From contig OX597817.1 of NCBI GenBank assembly GCA_951406725.2, forward strand, positions 110,236,001-110,300,000: a stretch of 64,000 nucleotides of DNA, written 5' to 3'. Source of the stretch: Octopus vulgaris (Eukaryota). Positions 25,314 to 38,261 of this stretch are shown here, one piece after another. The position numbers and the translations under genes were made by a program. The number at the start of each line of letters is the position of its first letter. Positions within the stretch are counted from its first letter, which is position 1. The notes beneath the pieces were generated by a model. The model had not been told where the DNA came from. It was given only the letters and a program-made list of their open reading frames with translations, and did no database searches.

Positions 25314-26340
25314 CTAAGAGCAAAAATAAAAATTAGAATTTAATTGCAAGCAAACAGTGAGGAAAATTAGTTGACATAGATAAGGTGTTATGCTACCATC
25401 TGATGTAATTTCATGTATTATGATTTCAAATTCTTTAGAAAATGAAAGAACAAATATGTGGTCCAGAAGTTCACCTTGCAACCATGTCGTCTCCAATGCA
25501 ATCTCACTATACAGCATTCTGAGCAGATATCTTCTACTATAGCCCTCGGTTGACTAATGCCATGTGAGTGAATTTGGTAGATGGAAACTGTAGCAAGCCC
25601 AAAGTATACACACACATCAAAGTAAGCACATAAATGTGAAACAAGGTGGGGAAAACAGTACTCGAATACCAGGGGAAGAGGAATATGCTTTATCATTATT
25701 AAAGCTGTAAAAACATCACAAAAAGCTGCTACTCAGAGTTTCATGTTACCATTTGTTGGACAGTTTAGATTCTCAATTATTTCAACTCAAGGTACAAGGC
25801 CATAAACTTTTAGGGGGAAGGGGGCTAGATGATTACATTGACCCCAGTACGTAGCTGATATATATACATACATCATCATCATCATCATCATCATTGTTTA
25901 ACGTCCGCTTTCCATGGTAGCATGGGTTGGACGATTTGACTGAGGTCTGGCAAACCAGATGGCTGCACCAGACTCCAATCTGATCTGGCAGAGTTTCTAC
26001 AGCTGGATGCCCTTCCTAACGCCAACCACTCCGTGAGTGTAGTGGTTGCTTTTACGCGTCACCTGCACGAGGGCCAGTTAGGCAGTACTGGTAATGGCCA
26101 TGCCCAAATGGTGCTTTTTATGTGCCACCTGCACAGGAGCCAGTCCAGCGGCACTGGCAACAACCTTGCTCGAATGTTTTTTCAAGTACCACCAGCACAA
26201 GTGCCAGTAAGGCGACACAGGTAACAATCATGCTCGAATGGTGCTTTTTACGTGCCATCGGCATGGGGGCCAGCTTGTTGCTCTGGCAACGATCACGCTT
26301 GTATGGTATTCTTAGCGCTCCACTAGCACGGATGCCAGAT

Positions 26341-27421
26341 CACAAGAATGTTCCTTGTGCCATTCAGTAACAACTTTAGCTGTGTGAATTGGTGCATATC
26401 GAGTCCTTACCTGTTTATCTAAAATGCACCATGAATGTTTAATAATATTGAGATCTGGGGACTGTGGTGGCCAGATAAGATGTTCAACTTCACTAGAATG
26501 TTCCTCATGCCATTCAGTAACAACTTTAGCTGTGTGAATTGCTGCATAATCATCATGAAAGATTGCATTTCCCTCCAGAAACAGTTGCACAGCCATAGGA
26601 TAAATTTAGTCAGATAAAATGCTTAAATAGTCTTGACTATTAATTCTGCCATGAAGGGAAACCACTGGGCTGGCAGACTTCCAAGTTATAGCCCCTCAGA
26701 TCCTCCTCCATGTTTAACAGTTGGAAGAAGACAGTCTGGGTCAAATGCCTCTTTTGGTTGTCTCCACACATATACCCAGCTAGTGGTCAGAAATAAGGTA
26801 AAGGATGACTCGTCTGAGAAAATAACATTCTGCCACTGTTCTAGGGACCAATTCTGTAGGTTCTTACTCCACTCTAAATGCTTTGCAATGTTTGTTTTTG
26901 AAAGTAGTGGTTTTCTGATTGCAGCCCTCACATGTAACCTGGCTTTGTGCAGCTCCTGGTGAACAGTTTTTGTGGAAACTGGGTTTTCGAGGTGGTCATT
27001 AAGCTCTGCAATAATTTTGAGAGCTGTACTTTTGTGATCCTTTCTAACAATTCGTAAGAGTCCAGTGGTTCCTATCTGAAAGTTTTGGTTTTCGTCCGGA
27101 GTTTTGTTTCAATGAGAAGGGTTTTCCCTCTTTCTCAAAGCTGTCATTACTTTCAAGACAGTACTTCTTGATACACCAAACATTTCGGCTGTTTTTGTTA
27201 TGCTAGTGCTTGCCATACAAGCACCAACAATTTGACATCTTTGAAAGTCCAATAGATCTGTCATTTTAATGAATTTTAATTACCTTTGTCTGATGATATC
27301 TGAAAAGAAACAGCAATTTCATCAAAACATATGATTAAATCAAAAAACATAAAAATAAACAAGATTTTGATGGTTTTATAGATATGATGCTAGGTATTTC
27401 CATAATTTTGTTCAACCCTTG
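26341..27421 (-). mobile_element. Tc1-family transposon pseudogene (same family as 17233)
   Basis: TA|CAAGGGTTGAACAAAATTATGG TIR; VIFSDESSF, FHDD, WPPQSPDLNII (decayed DD34E); frameshifted. Confidence 0.88.
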
Positions 27422-27659
27422 TATACATATATATATATATATATAGATAGATAGATAAATAGATAGATAGACAGACAGATAGATATGGCTGTGGTTTGTG
27501 TATGTGTAGACAAACAGACAGAAAGGTGTGTGTGTGTGTGTGTGTCTCTCTCTCTCTCTCTGTATTAATATTTTGCTTAGGCATAGCGGGACTAATAACC
27601 TGGTGTAGAACACAATGTTAGATGTGTATAGAGCAGTAATAGGAACAAAGAGATGACAC

Positions 27660-27671
27660 ATGAAAAAATAT

Positions 27672-27738
<67 letters not shown>

Positions 27739-28915
27739 TTACATACACTTATACGGACACACATACACAGACATACACACATACACACTCACACATACAT
27801 ACATACACACACACATACCTACACACACACTCACATGCACGCGCACACACATGCATCCGCGCGCACACGCACGCATACATACATGCATGCACGCCTGTGG
27901 GTTCTGGCTATATCTCGGTTTCGTGTCTGGGCCGGTGCGTTGTGCCTGGGGTTTCTCTTACGCCTGTCACTGCGGGAGTATTTTCCATCATTCCTTCAGT
28001 TGCGAAGTGTTTCCTTGCATGCATATATATACACACACATAAACATATAAACACACATATAATACCCCTACATCTTGTACACACACGCACATACATACAT
28101 ACATTCACTCCCACACACAAGTTTACATATATATATACAATACACGCACACACACTTACACACGTACAAACACACACGAACTCACATACACACCAACACA
28201 TACATACACACAACATATACCTCCATGCACACGCACACATACACATACGTACACACACATACATACGCACACCAAAACATGTGCACACATACATACATGC
28301 ACACAATCATACATATACGCACATATAAGCACACACACACACCCACACATACACTTAGTTAAGCACAGTTACTCGCCATACACACAAAAAAACGCACACG
28401 TACACACACATACTACAACTAAACACACACACGAGACATATACAAGCACACACACATTCCTTCTTGTTTCTGACCCGTCACTCGCTAGCCTTCGCCCTCG
28501 CCCACCATATACACACATACACACACACGCACACACTCACACACACACCCTTGTCATCTCGCACACCGTTGCTACTGCAGTTGCCCCAGCCTTCGCCCAC
28601 CATATACACACACACCCTTGTCATCTCGCACACTGTTGTTTACCTTCCTTCTTTTTCCGCTCTCTTGTCTTTGAAAACCCGCACTGTCTTGTTTACTACT
28701 TCCGCCTTTCCAGTATGTTGACCTCATGAAGACCACTTGCATTTTTTTCCCTCTGTCCTCCCACCTCAGGATCTTTCTTTCTCCTATGTTTCCGACGAAG
28801 AGCTCCACTCGAAATGTCATACCCTCCTTCTTCCCTTTTTTCCTGAGCACCTAATAATACTTTAATTGTTCCACATCCTCGCGTTGTTGTCTTTTTTGTT
28901 TTCTTGTTTGGATTA

Positions 28916-28953
<38 letters not shown>

Positions 28954-29280
28954 TATACACACACACACATAAACTTCTAATGGTGTATATATATATATGA
29001 TTAAGTGGATCTGTACATGTATGCATGTGTGTATGTATGAATGTATGTAATAGGGCATTTATTTGTGCCCATACAAAAATACATATATATATGTATGTTC
29101 ATGTATATGTCTATGTTTACATGTCTACATATAGGTGTCTATATATCTATGCTATATATAAGTGTATATGTATGTGGATATGTATATTTGATTTTATATG
29201 CGTATGTGACTGTATGTTGATGCGCAAGTATATGTATGTATACAATCTTGACTTGGTGTATATGAGAATGTATGTGTAGT
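27660..29280. repeat. (TA)n/(CA)n/(TG)n compound microsatellite body with a decayed minimal hammerhead at about 28791-28819
   Basis: Simple repeats visible; CCGACGA-AGAGCTCCACTC-GAAA-TGTC resembles CUGANGA-stem-GAAA-CGUC. Confidence 0.7.
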
Positions 29281-29459
29281 GTATACGTGGTCTGACCAAT
29301 AAGTATCCGGACTGTTGCTATAGTAACGAAGCTAAAGCATGGAGAGTGAAGCTGCTTGACAGAGATTGACCTTGAATTCTCCAGTGCATGTGCACCAAGT
29401 TCAGGTCGTCCATTATACAGCTTGGATACTGTGGTTACTACTGTTGATTAAGTTTTTAA

Positions 29460-30085
29460 ATTTAAAGAGTTGCTTAAGATTATGTAACCACAGAATGAAA
29501 TAATCATCCTGGTAGCATTTCCAGCTGACAAGTAAGTATTTTTGAAAGTTGTCTCCAAATTTCAGTCTAGCATGCTTGTATATTTGGACTTACAAGTATG
29601 CTCTGACAAGGTTAGCAAAAATAGGGGTTATTCTCATTTCCATTGCAATGCCCAATTTTTGTCTACAGGTGTTCTCATTGAAATTGAAGAAGCCGTTTTG
29701 TAGGATGAATTTTAGTCCTTCAATGATGAATCCTCTTCCAATGTCATTTGGGGATTTTTTCAACCAAAATTGTATGGCTTCTATTCCATATTCATGAGGA
29801 ATTGAGATGTAGAGGTTTATTACATCGAATGAAACCAGAAGGGAGTCCTTGCTGGTTTTGTTCAGGAAATGGTTTAAAAAGTTCAGGTCATCCATTATAC
29901 AGCTTGGTATTTGCTGGAGAATAGGTTTTAGGAGGACATCAATAAAGGTACTGAGTCTGTGTGTCTCACAGGAAGGACCGGTCACAATTGATCTCATTTT
30001 GAGATCTCTCAGATGACTAACAAAGTTGATTTGCTACAGGCTTCATTTATGGTTTCGATTTTGTGGATTTTGGGAAGTCCGAAAA
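29460..30085 (-). mobile_element. Penelope-like RT fragment
   Basis: RSIVTGPSCETHRLSTFID..LVSFDVINLYISIPH..QKLGIAME..PIFANL are PLE RT motifs. Confidence 0.85.
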
Positions 30086-30089
30086 TGTC

Positions 30090-30780
30090 ATCACAGTATT
30101 ATCTACTGATGAGACATGATATTGTAGTTAGGATGCTGTATGCTGGAAGCAATAGCCACTCATAATAAAAAGGAGTACGGGTAGAATGACCCAGTAAAAT
30201 CCTCAATAAAATGTAAACATAATAGAGCTGATATAATGATTTGGGATAGAGAAAAGAAACTGTGTACAGTTATGGAAATCAGTTGCCCAGCAGATATTAA
30301 TATAAACCTGAAGATCAGTGAAAAAGAGAAAACCTACACTGAACTATTGAGAAATCTGCAGTTATTCTATCCAGATTACAAGTTCAGGTTTATACCTGTA
30401 ATTATTGGGGCAGCGGGATATGTAACACACCGACTAAATACCAATCTTGAGAAATTAGGTTTCTCAAAACCAGAAAAGAGAAAGCTGATTCAAAGACTAC
30501 AGATCCAAGCCATCACCGGAACTGTAAATATCTGTAAAACTTTCCAGAAGTTTATCATTTAAGTATATATGAGCATGTCTAGATATGCAACTATTGCATG
30601 AGAATACATACATAAAACAAAACATACAAATCTGCACATATACATACATACTTGCATACAAAAACACCCTGTTGTTGACATTGAAATTTCAATGAAGGAG
30701 CCTTGGATCTAGGTTAGAAAATGGCTCTTCATCTATTGGTAAGAAATCTTGAAATAAAACTGAATAATGACATACATACA
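30090..30780 (+). mobile_element. R4/Dong-like LINE 3' fragment (REL endonuclease)
   Basis: (NRAD)IMIWDREKKLCTVMEISCPAD..EKEKTYTEL..IPVIIGAAG parallels the REL domain at 54102-54359. Confidence 0.75.
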
Positions 30781-30935
30781 TATGTACACACACTCACATG
30801 CATATCTGCAGTATACTACCAACAAGGGACACCTAATGGCTGTTTTAAATTACTGTAAACTCAAAACTATGGTACTCAGCCAGTCCTAGCATCCTACATG
30901 TTGATGTGCCTGGATTTTATGAATCCTGTAACTAA

Positions 30936-30985
<50 letters not shown>

Positions 30986-31015
30986 CTTTATTTAAAAGCA
31001 GCAGAAATATAACAA

Positions 31016-34000
31016 AAGCTGTTATTCAGAGTTTCATGTTACCGTTCATCAGACAGTTTAGTTAATATGGAACAGAAATAACGATATAATCAAAACTAGT
31101 TAAAGGATACACCTTTAAAAATAGATTTGTTTCATTTGTCTTTTCAATTAATGGTCTTAAGCATGCAATGAACAAAATAAATGAATTCAATATAAATTCA
31201 TCCTATTGCAACATCGAAGAAAACCTTAACTCAATGAGTGGGTTCAAAATACATATTGTAAATAATTATATACGAAATATAAGTCAATTATTACATTAAA
31301 ATTAAAATTTTGTGATGCAAAATAAACCATGCATTACAAAATATCTTGAAAACTAGTTCAAGATTCAAAAAATATATACTATCCATATGGTATTTTGTTA
31401 GCTGACATTTTAAATTTTGTTGCGTGTCTACAGGAATTCAAGAGTTTGCGTCTTTGATTCAAAGTGCACGCATTAAAGACCCATCAAATGTGATTTATGT
31501 CTTTTGGAAAAATTCTATATTTTATTCCAGGACAATAGTGCTTTGAATCAAAGATGCAAACTCTTGAATTCCTGCAGACATGCAACAAAATTAAAAATGT
31601 CAGCTAACAAAATACCATATGGATAGTATATATTTTTTGAATCTTGAACTAGTTTTCAATCCCACTGTTGGATTTGTATTTTGTAATGCATGGTTTATTT
31701 CACATCGCAAAGATATTGTGTATATTTCAGCATATTTCTTAAGAAAACCTTTCACTGTTATATGTATATATTATTTTCATGTCGGAATTTTACCCATTGG
31801 ATTTTTCTCTAAAATATATACCTATCCCTACACAGAAACAATATCTTAAAAGTCTGATAGAGAAAAAGGAAGAGTTTATTCGAAGATTGGGATGGAAAGC
31901 CTTCTTCTTTGATACTAAACAGAAAACTAACGGAAACATATACGGACTTAAATCTTCCACGTACCCACCACCTATTCCGGAATTAGAAGCCTTCGAAAAA
32001 GACCTTTTCGAACTCATTAGAAAAATTAGGTTCTGTAAATACATCAACCAATTACAGAGAGATATGAAGGAAAAAATTAGAGAAACTAACAACACGAATA
32101 AGATCTTCGATAACTCTGAGAAATCAAAAAACTTATATGCAGTTGATAAGGACGTTTACAAGCGTCTAATTTTGAATAGCATCACAGATACATACAAAAA
32201 AGATAACACAAATTTATACAAAGAGGTGAATTTGGAGGCAAGAAGAATAGCTAACAATCTTTAAATTCTATCCTATCACTTTTATTACCTTAAAAGACCA
32301 TAAAGCTTATTTTAATAGAAACCCTAAATGTAGATTGATTAATCTGGCTAAAACTGAAATAGGTATTATTAGCAAATATATTATAGATCATATTTTAACT
32401 AAGTTAGATAATGAATTAAACTTAAGGATTTGGAAAAATAGATTGGTTTAAATCTATTAGTAATAGACTGGTTTAAAGGGATTAGCCATAACCACAAATT
32501 TATGCAGTTTGATATTATTGACTTTTACCCATCAATATCCAGGCCTTTGCTCCTAAAAGCATTAGACTTCGCCAAGCAGTATGTCAACATTAATAACTAG
32601 GAAATAGATATTATCATACATGCAAAGAAATGATTTCTTTTTTACGAGGATTCTACCTGGATCAAAAAGAGGGAGGATTCTCTTTTCGATGTACCGATAG
32701 GGGGCATACAACAGGGCTGAGTTATGTGTGCTCATAGGAGCTTATATTTTACACAATCTAAAGTTAGAATTCCCATTTATAGACACAGGATTATATAGGG
32801 ATGACAGCCTTATAGTCACCCATAATTTAACAGCCATGAATTAGATAAGCTTAGGAAAGATCTAATTGCTTTCTTCCAAAGGATGGGCTTACGGATTACG
32901 ATAGATACTAACCTTAAAAGTGTAGATTTCTTAGATATAAATTTAAATTTGCAGTCAGATAAATTCAAACCTTACCATAAGCCTAATGATAAGCTATTTT
33001 ATATTAGCAAAGAATCCAATCATCTGCCAGTTATTCTTAGGAACTTAGTAATGTAGGTAGATGAATATCGTCAATTTCTTTGGATGAAGCAGCATTTTGA
33101 AATGCTGCACCTTATTACAATAGCGCATTAAGGAATAGTGGATTCTCTGAGAAGATCCAGTATAACCAGCTTAATGCAACACGTAGAACTAGGACCAGGA
33201 GGGTTTTGTGGTTCAACCCAGCTTTTAATATGGCTGTAAAAACAAATATAGGTAGGGAACTCTTAAAATTAGTCTCTAGACATTTTTAACCTAACCATAA
33301 GTTTTATAGAATATTTAATAGAAGAAACACTTAAGATCAGATATTCTTGTTGCAAAAACTTTGCCTCTTTCATTAACCAACACAACAATAAAATAATTGC
33401 AAACCATAGTGCTGATTCTTTTCCTAAGAATTGCAATTGCAAAGATGGGACCTCCTGTCTGTTGGAAGGAAAATGTCTGGAGAAAGGAATTGTGTATAGA
33501 GCCAAAGTGCAAATAGAAGGCTCACACGAATATAGAACTTACACAGGGGTTTCTGAAAATTCTTTCAAGACCCAAATCTATTCTCATAGAAATTCCTTCC
33601 GATACCCCAAAAATAGGACAGAGACCAGCCTGGCAAAATGTCTGGGAATTAAAAGAAAATGAAACCTAGCCTTTCAACGTGACATGGACAATTTTAGATA
33701 AAGCATCACCTTACATTTGGATAAATTCTATATTTTATTCCAGGACAATAGCATTTGGAATCAAAGACGCGAACTCTTAAATTCCTACAGACATGCAGCA
33801 AAATTTTAAATGTCGGCTAACAAAATACCATATGGATAGTATATATTTTTTAAACCTTGAATAGTTTTCAATCCCACTGTTGGATTTGAATTTTGTAATG
33901 CATGGTTTATTTCACATCGCAAAGATATCGTGTATATTTCGATATACTTCTTAAGAAAACCTTCAACTGTTATATGTATATATTATTTTCATGTTTAAGA
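31016..34000 (+). mobile_element. Near full-length Penelope-like element (pseudogenised RT plus C-terminal GIY-YIG) with direct and inverted pseudo-LTRs
   Basis: ~270-bp direct repeats 31511-31782 and 33724-33993; inverted copy at about 31322-31462; ORF start FSLKYIPIP..RRLGWKAFFF, QFDIIDFYPSI, GLYRDD, CNC..CLLEGKCL..IVYRA..YTGVSENSFK; stops and frameshifts. Confidence 0.92.
31019..31056 (-). ncRNA. Minimal hammerhead ribozyme relic at the inverted PLE end (more decayed copy at about 25727-25764)
   Basis: CTGT-CTGATGA-ACGGTAACAT-GAAA-CTCTGAA-TA-ACAG; the 25.7-kb copy keeps GAAACTCTGAGTA. Confidence 0.65.
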
Positions 34001-34805
34001 CTTTACTTCATTTTTATTTCATTTTATTGTATTTTACAAACCCATTTAATTGTTATATTTATAGATAATTCGATATATGGTGTTCCATTTTGCATGTCTT
34101 TTATCCAATTTTTATTATAATACACTCAGCAATTTTTTTAAAAAAGTTGTTTGTATATACACGTCAGGACCTAGATATGTTTTTATGTGGATGTCTGTAT
34201 TGTAGGCATGCATATGTATTTGTATGTGTGCATATATGTATATTTGTAAGTAAATGTGTATGTTTATACTTGTTCACATACGTGCATGGATGTATATGGA
34301 TGCATGTATGCACTTATATTTGTGTGAATGTGTAATTATGCGTGTAGCGGATCACTTCCTACACATGCATATTTCCATAGATTTATATACATGATCTTAT
34401 ATGTGCTAGTGGCACGTAAAAAGCACCATCCGATTTTGGCCGTTGCCAGCCTCGCCTGGCCCCTGTGCTGGTGGCACATAAAAAGCACCATCCGATCATG
34501 GCCGTTTGCCAGCCTCGTCTGGCACCTGTGCCGGTGGCACGTAAAAAGCATCCACTACACTCACGGAGTGGTTGGCATTAGGAAGGGCATCCAGCCATAG
34601 AAACATAGCAAGATCAGACTGGGCTTGGTGCAGCCTTCTTACTTCCCAGACCCCAGTTTAACTGTCCAACCCATGCTAGCATGGAAACTGGACGCTAAAC
34701 GAAGATGATGATGATGTTTGTTACACATATTCTGTCACCTATCTTTCTCTCGTTTTTCTTTCCTTACGCAAAGTATCTTTTTTCTCCCTATTTGTTACTT
34801 TGATA

Positions 34806-35258
34806 ACTATCGGCGGTGTATTTTTCGTTTGTCACTGTTATTTATGACATCGTTCATGTGTTTGTACTGGTTTTAGTTTTAAGGTTTTAGGGTTAGGGTT
34901 AGGGTGTTAGGGTTAGGGCTAGGGTTAGGGTTTTAGGGTTAGGTTTTTAGGGTTAAGGTTAGGGTTACGGTGTTAGGGTTAGGGTTGTCATAAATATCAG
35001 TGACAAACGAAAAATACACCACCGGAAGTTCTTGTTGACAAACAACGGTAATAATTTTATTCAGCTGAATACACATCATTGATTGGTTGAAATTACCAAA
35101 ATAGGACTACTTTAACATGAAATTACTTCGTAAATATGTTTTTCTCAAAAATGCTAAGAGTAAAAGATGTTTTAAAGGACACATTCTACCAGTGTCTGAA
35201 GTTTGAAAGTGTTTAGTTACAAAAAATTATTTTTTATATCTGTAGGTCGAAAGGTTAA
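34806..35258. mobile_element. Fold-back element fragment with an internal (TTAGGG)n tract
   Basis: 44-bp inverted arms 34806-34849 and 34986-35029 enclose ~110 bp of degenerate TTAGGG; right flank is homologous to 38045-38228. Confidence 0.8.
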
Positions 35259-35261
35259 GAT

Positions 35262-35298
<37 letters not shown>

Positions 35299-36231
35299 CT
35301 TAAAAGTCACACTCCGTGTGGACTTTTAAGCTAGCCCCTGTGGGGGCTAATTGGGCCTGCAGCCCAAACTGAAGAGAGCAATAATTATATTGGTACCCTA
35401 CCAATATGTATTACTTTAAATTCAGTTTAAATGAAAACTCTCCACAAATTTTTGGGGTTCTTTTAAAATTTGAATTTTCAACTATTAGCATATAACAAAT
35501 CCTCATCGAAGCCTGATCCCAATGTTAGATGTTCAAGAACCAAATGAAGGGCAGATTTTCAATCCTGGGATCATCCTGATTCCGAAAAGGTATAATTTTA
35601 CTATGTAGAGCAAATGTAGACTGAGACACGGGGGTCCTGGATGGACAGACAGACAGAATTTTGTACCATTCATACATGGGTCATTGCCAGTGCCACCTAA
35701 CTGGCTCTCCATGCTAGTGGTACATAAAAAGCACCATTCGAATGAGGTCGATGCCAGCCAACCCCCAACCCCCTGCTCCAACTGGCTTCTGTGCCAGTAG
35801 CATGTAAAAAGCATCATCCAAACATGGCCAATGCCAGTGCCACCTGACTGACTCCTGTGCTGGTGGCACATTAAAAAGTACCCACTACACTCTCGGAGTG
35901 GTTGGCATTAGGAAGGGCATCCAGCTGTAGAAACAGTACCAAATCAGATTAGAGCCTGGTGTGACCTCCTGGCTTGCCAGTCCCCTGTCAAACTGTCCAA
36001 CACATGCCAGCATGGGAAACCGATGTTAAATGATGATGATGATCATCATCATCATGATCATGATGATTTTGTGGAAGTTGTTCCCCAGCACAAATCTTTT
36101 AAATGTTTTAGAGTTGACTTTTCTTTTAGGAAAGTCGGTAATAAAAATGTCAACACTTTAATAATTGGATTGAATCATTAATCCAGTAACCATGAAATAC
36201 CTCTGTGCAATAAAAGACAATATATATATAG

Positions 36232-36435
36232 GAGCACTCCATCAGTTACGATGACGAGGGTCCCCGCTGATATGATCAACGGAACAGCCTGCTCGTGAAA
36301 TTGACGTGCAAGTGGCTGAGCAATCCACAGACATGTGTACCCCTAACGTAGTTCTCGGGGAGATTCAGCGTGACACAGAGTGTGACAAGGCCGGCCCTTT
36401 GAAATGCAGGTACAACTCATTTTTGCCAGCTGAGC
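36232..36435 (+). mobile_element. SINE family C; further copies at about 59700-59860 and 60170-60480
   Basis: Shared TGATCAACGGAACAGYCTGCTCGT..GCAAGTGGCTGAG..GAGATTCAGC..TGTGACAAGGCYGGCCC; the 60.4-kb copy has a tRNA-like head on the minus strand. Confidence 0.75.
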
Positions 36436-37445
36436 ACTCACCCTGTGTGAATAGCTTCATGTTCAAGGTTTTATTCCGACACATGATGAATGAACATATA
36501 CAGTGAATAAACAATGTTCAATAAAGATTTCTGGGAAGAAAAACGGTTTTGAACAACTTGCCATGTTCCATGATGACTTTGAGTAAATAGAAATAAATCA
36601 AGCTCTAAGATTTACTTTGTAAATGGTGTAGTGGGCATTTTACTTTTCACTTGCAAAATATTCCTCATAAGATATCCAGGAATGTTTGTAGTTGCTGTTG
36701 TAAAACTAATTCTAATCTGTATCAGTCTTTCTAAAACAGATATGTAATTTTATTTTCTTTGTTCTTTCTAGGATTAGATCTTGCAGCAACGCAACAGTGT
36801 CTGGTTTTATAAAAGTCTCCAGACAACTTTTTCTTTCTAGGAACTGTGTTGGATCTAAAAATTCTGTCACAAATGAGGCAAGATGAGCTTTAACACAGTC
36901 ACTATATAAGCTGTTCAAAATGCCTGACCCAATAGGAATACTGCTGTTATGGCTATTTTCAAAATTATCTGTTACACTGGTTGCATTTTTTTTTTCTATT
37001 TAAGTGTTCCTTAAAAGATTCATAGTTTTCTGTATTTTTTATTCATTTACTAGTGTATTTTGTTTTTGTTTTGTCTTTTTCCCCTTGCTTGTCCTTGCAA
37101 AATTTTATCTTGTATCATATTTATTTATGTCTAGTATCCATTTTGAATGAGAAAATATAGCAAGCATGTGCAAGAAATAATATAAATTCTATAAAAACAA
37201 TTTTTTTTCTATCCTTGAATATCAGAATCAGGTCTTCCTTAAGTAATTCTAATCCTTTTCAGCATGTACACCAAAGAAAATTTCATTTGACAAAGCATAG
37301 AATAATGTCACAACTAAGAGTGGGAAAAAGAACTACTATGATGATGATGGTGATAGTGATGGTAATGATGATGATGATGATGATAATGGTGATAGTGACG
37401 GTTAATGATGATGATGATAGTATCCTCCGGCGGGGATCTTTTCGC

Positions 37446-38228
37446 TTTGACCGGCAGATTTTTAAAATAATTTCTTTGTAACTAAAAAATTTTAAACTTC
37501 GTATACTGGTAGAATGTGTTTATAAAGCATCTTTTTCTCTTGGCTTTCTTGAGAAAATTCTGTAGTTTGTAAGATATTTGTTGTTTATTTTCTTGCATTT
37601 CGGCAATTTCAACCAATCAATGACGTTTATTGGGGTGAAAACGATTTCTGCCGTAGTGTGTCAACAACATTTTCTGGCGGTGTCATATGAAAATGCCCCT
37701 GTTATTTACGACATATTTCATATCAGTTACATTTGTATGAATAAAAGATTATCATTATTAAACTTTTATTAATAAACACATATTCTAAGTTCACAATATA
37801 TGCAGTTTTAATTTTCCTCTCAACTCTAACCCTAACCCTAAAACAGATTGAAATGCAATAGATCGATACTAGGGTCATAATTATGGGTGGACACTAAAGA
37901 GGGAACGGTTTTGTTATCCAGTTCTGTTTACGAGTGACCCCTCATTTTATGGTCACAGGGTATCTTTTTTTCTCATAAATAACAGGGACATTTTCATATG
38001 ACACCGCCAGAAAATGTTTATGGTAGAAATTGTTTTCACCTCAATAGACGTCATTGATTGGTTGAAATTGCCGAAATGCAAGAAAATAAACAACAAATAA
38101 CTTACAAACTACAGAAGTTTTTCAAGAAAGCCAAGAGAAAAAGATGTTTTATAAACACATTCTACCAGTATACGAAGTTTAAAATTTTTCAGTTACAAAG
38201 AAATTATTTTAAAAATCTGCCGGTCAAA
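37446..38228. mobile_element. Fold-back/MITE element with ~260-bp inverted arms and central CCCTAA repeats
   Basis: TTTGACCGGCAGATTTTTAAAATAATTTCTTTGTAACT at the left end and its reverse complement at the right end; CTCTAACCCTAACCCTAA at about 37823-37840. Confidence 0.88.
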
Positions 38229-38261
38229 TAAAACCAAAATGAAAATCATTCTAGTACTTAC

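Noticed and set aside
27653-28362. Long His/Thr/Tyr or Cys/Val ORFs up to 222 aa
   Set aside because: (TA)n/(CA)n microsatellite artefacts
30698-30730. Hammerhead relic CAATGA-AGGAGCCTTGGATCTAGGTTA-GAAA
   Set aside because: Core and stems I/III too degenerate to support
34870-34986. True telomere or chromosome-fusion site
   Set aside because: Short, degenerate, single orientation and embedded in a repeated fold-back element
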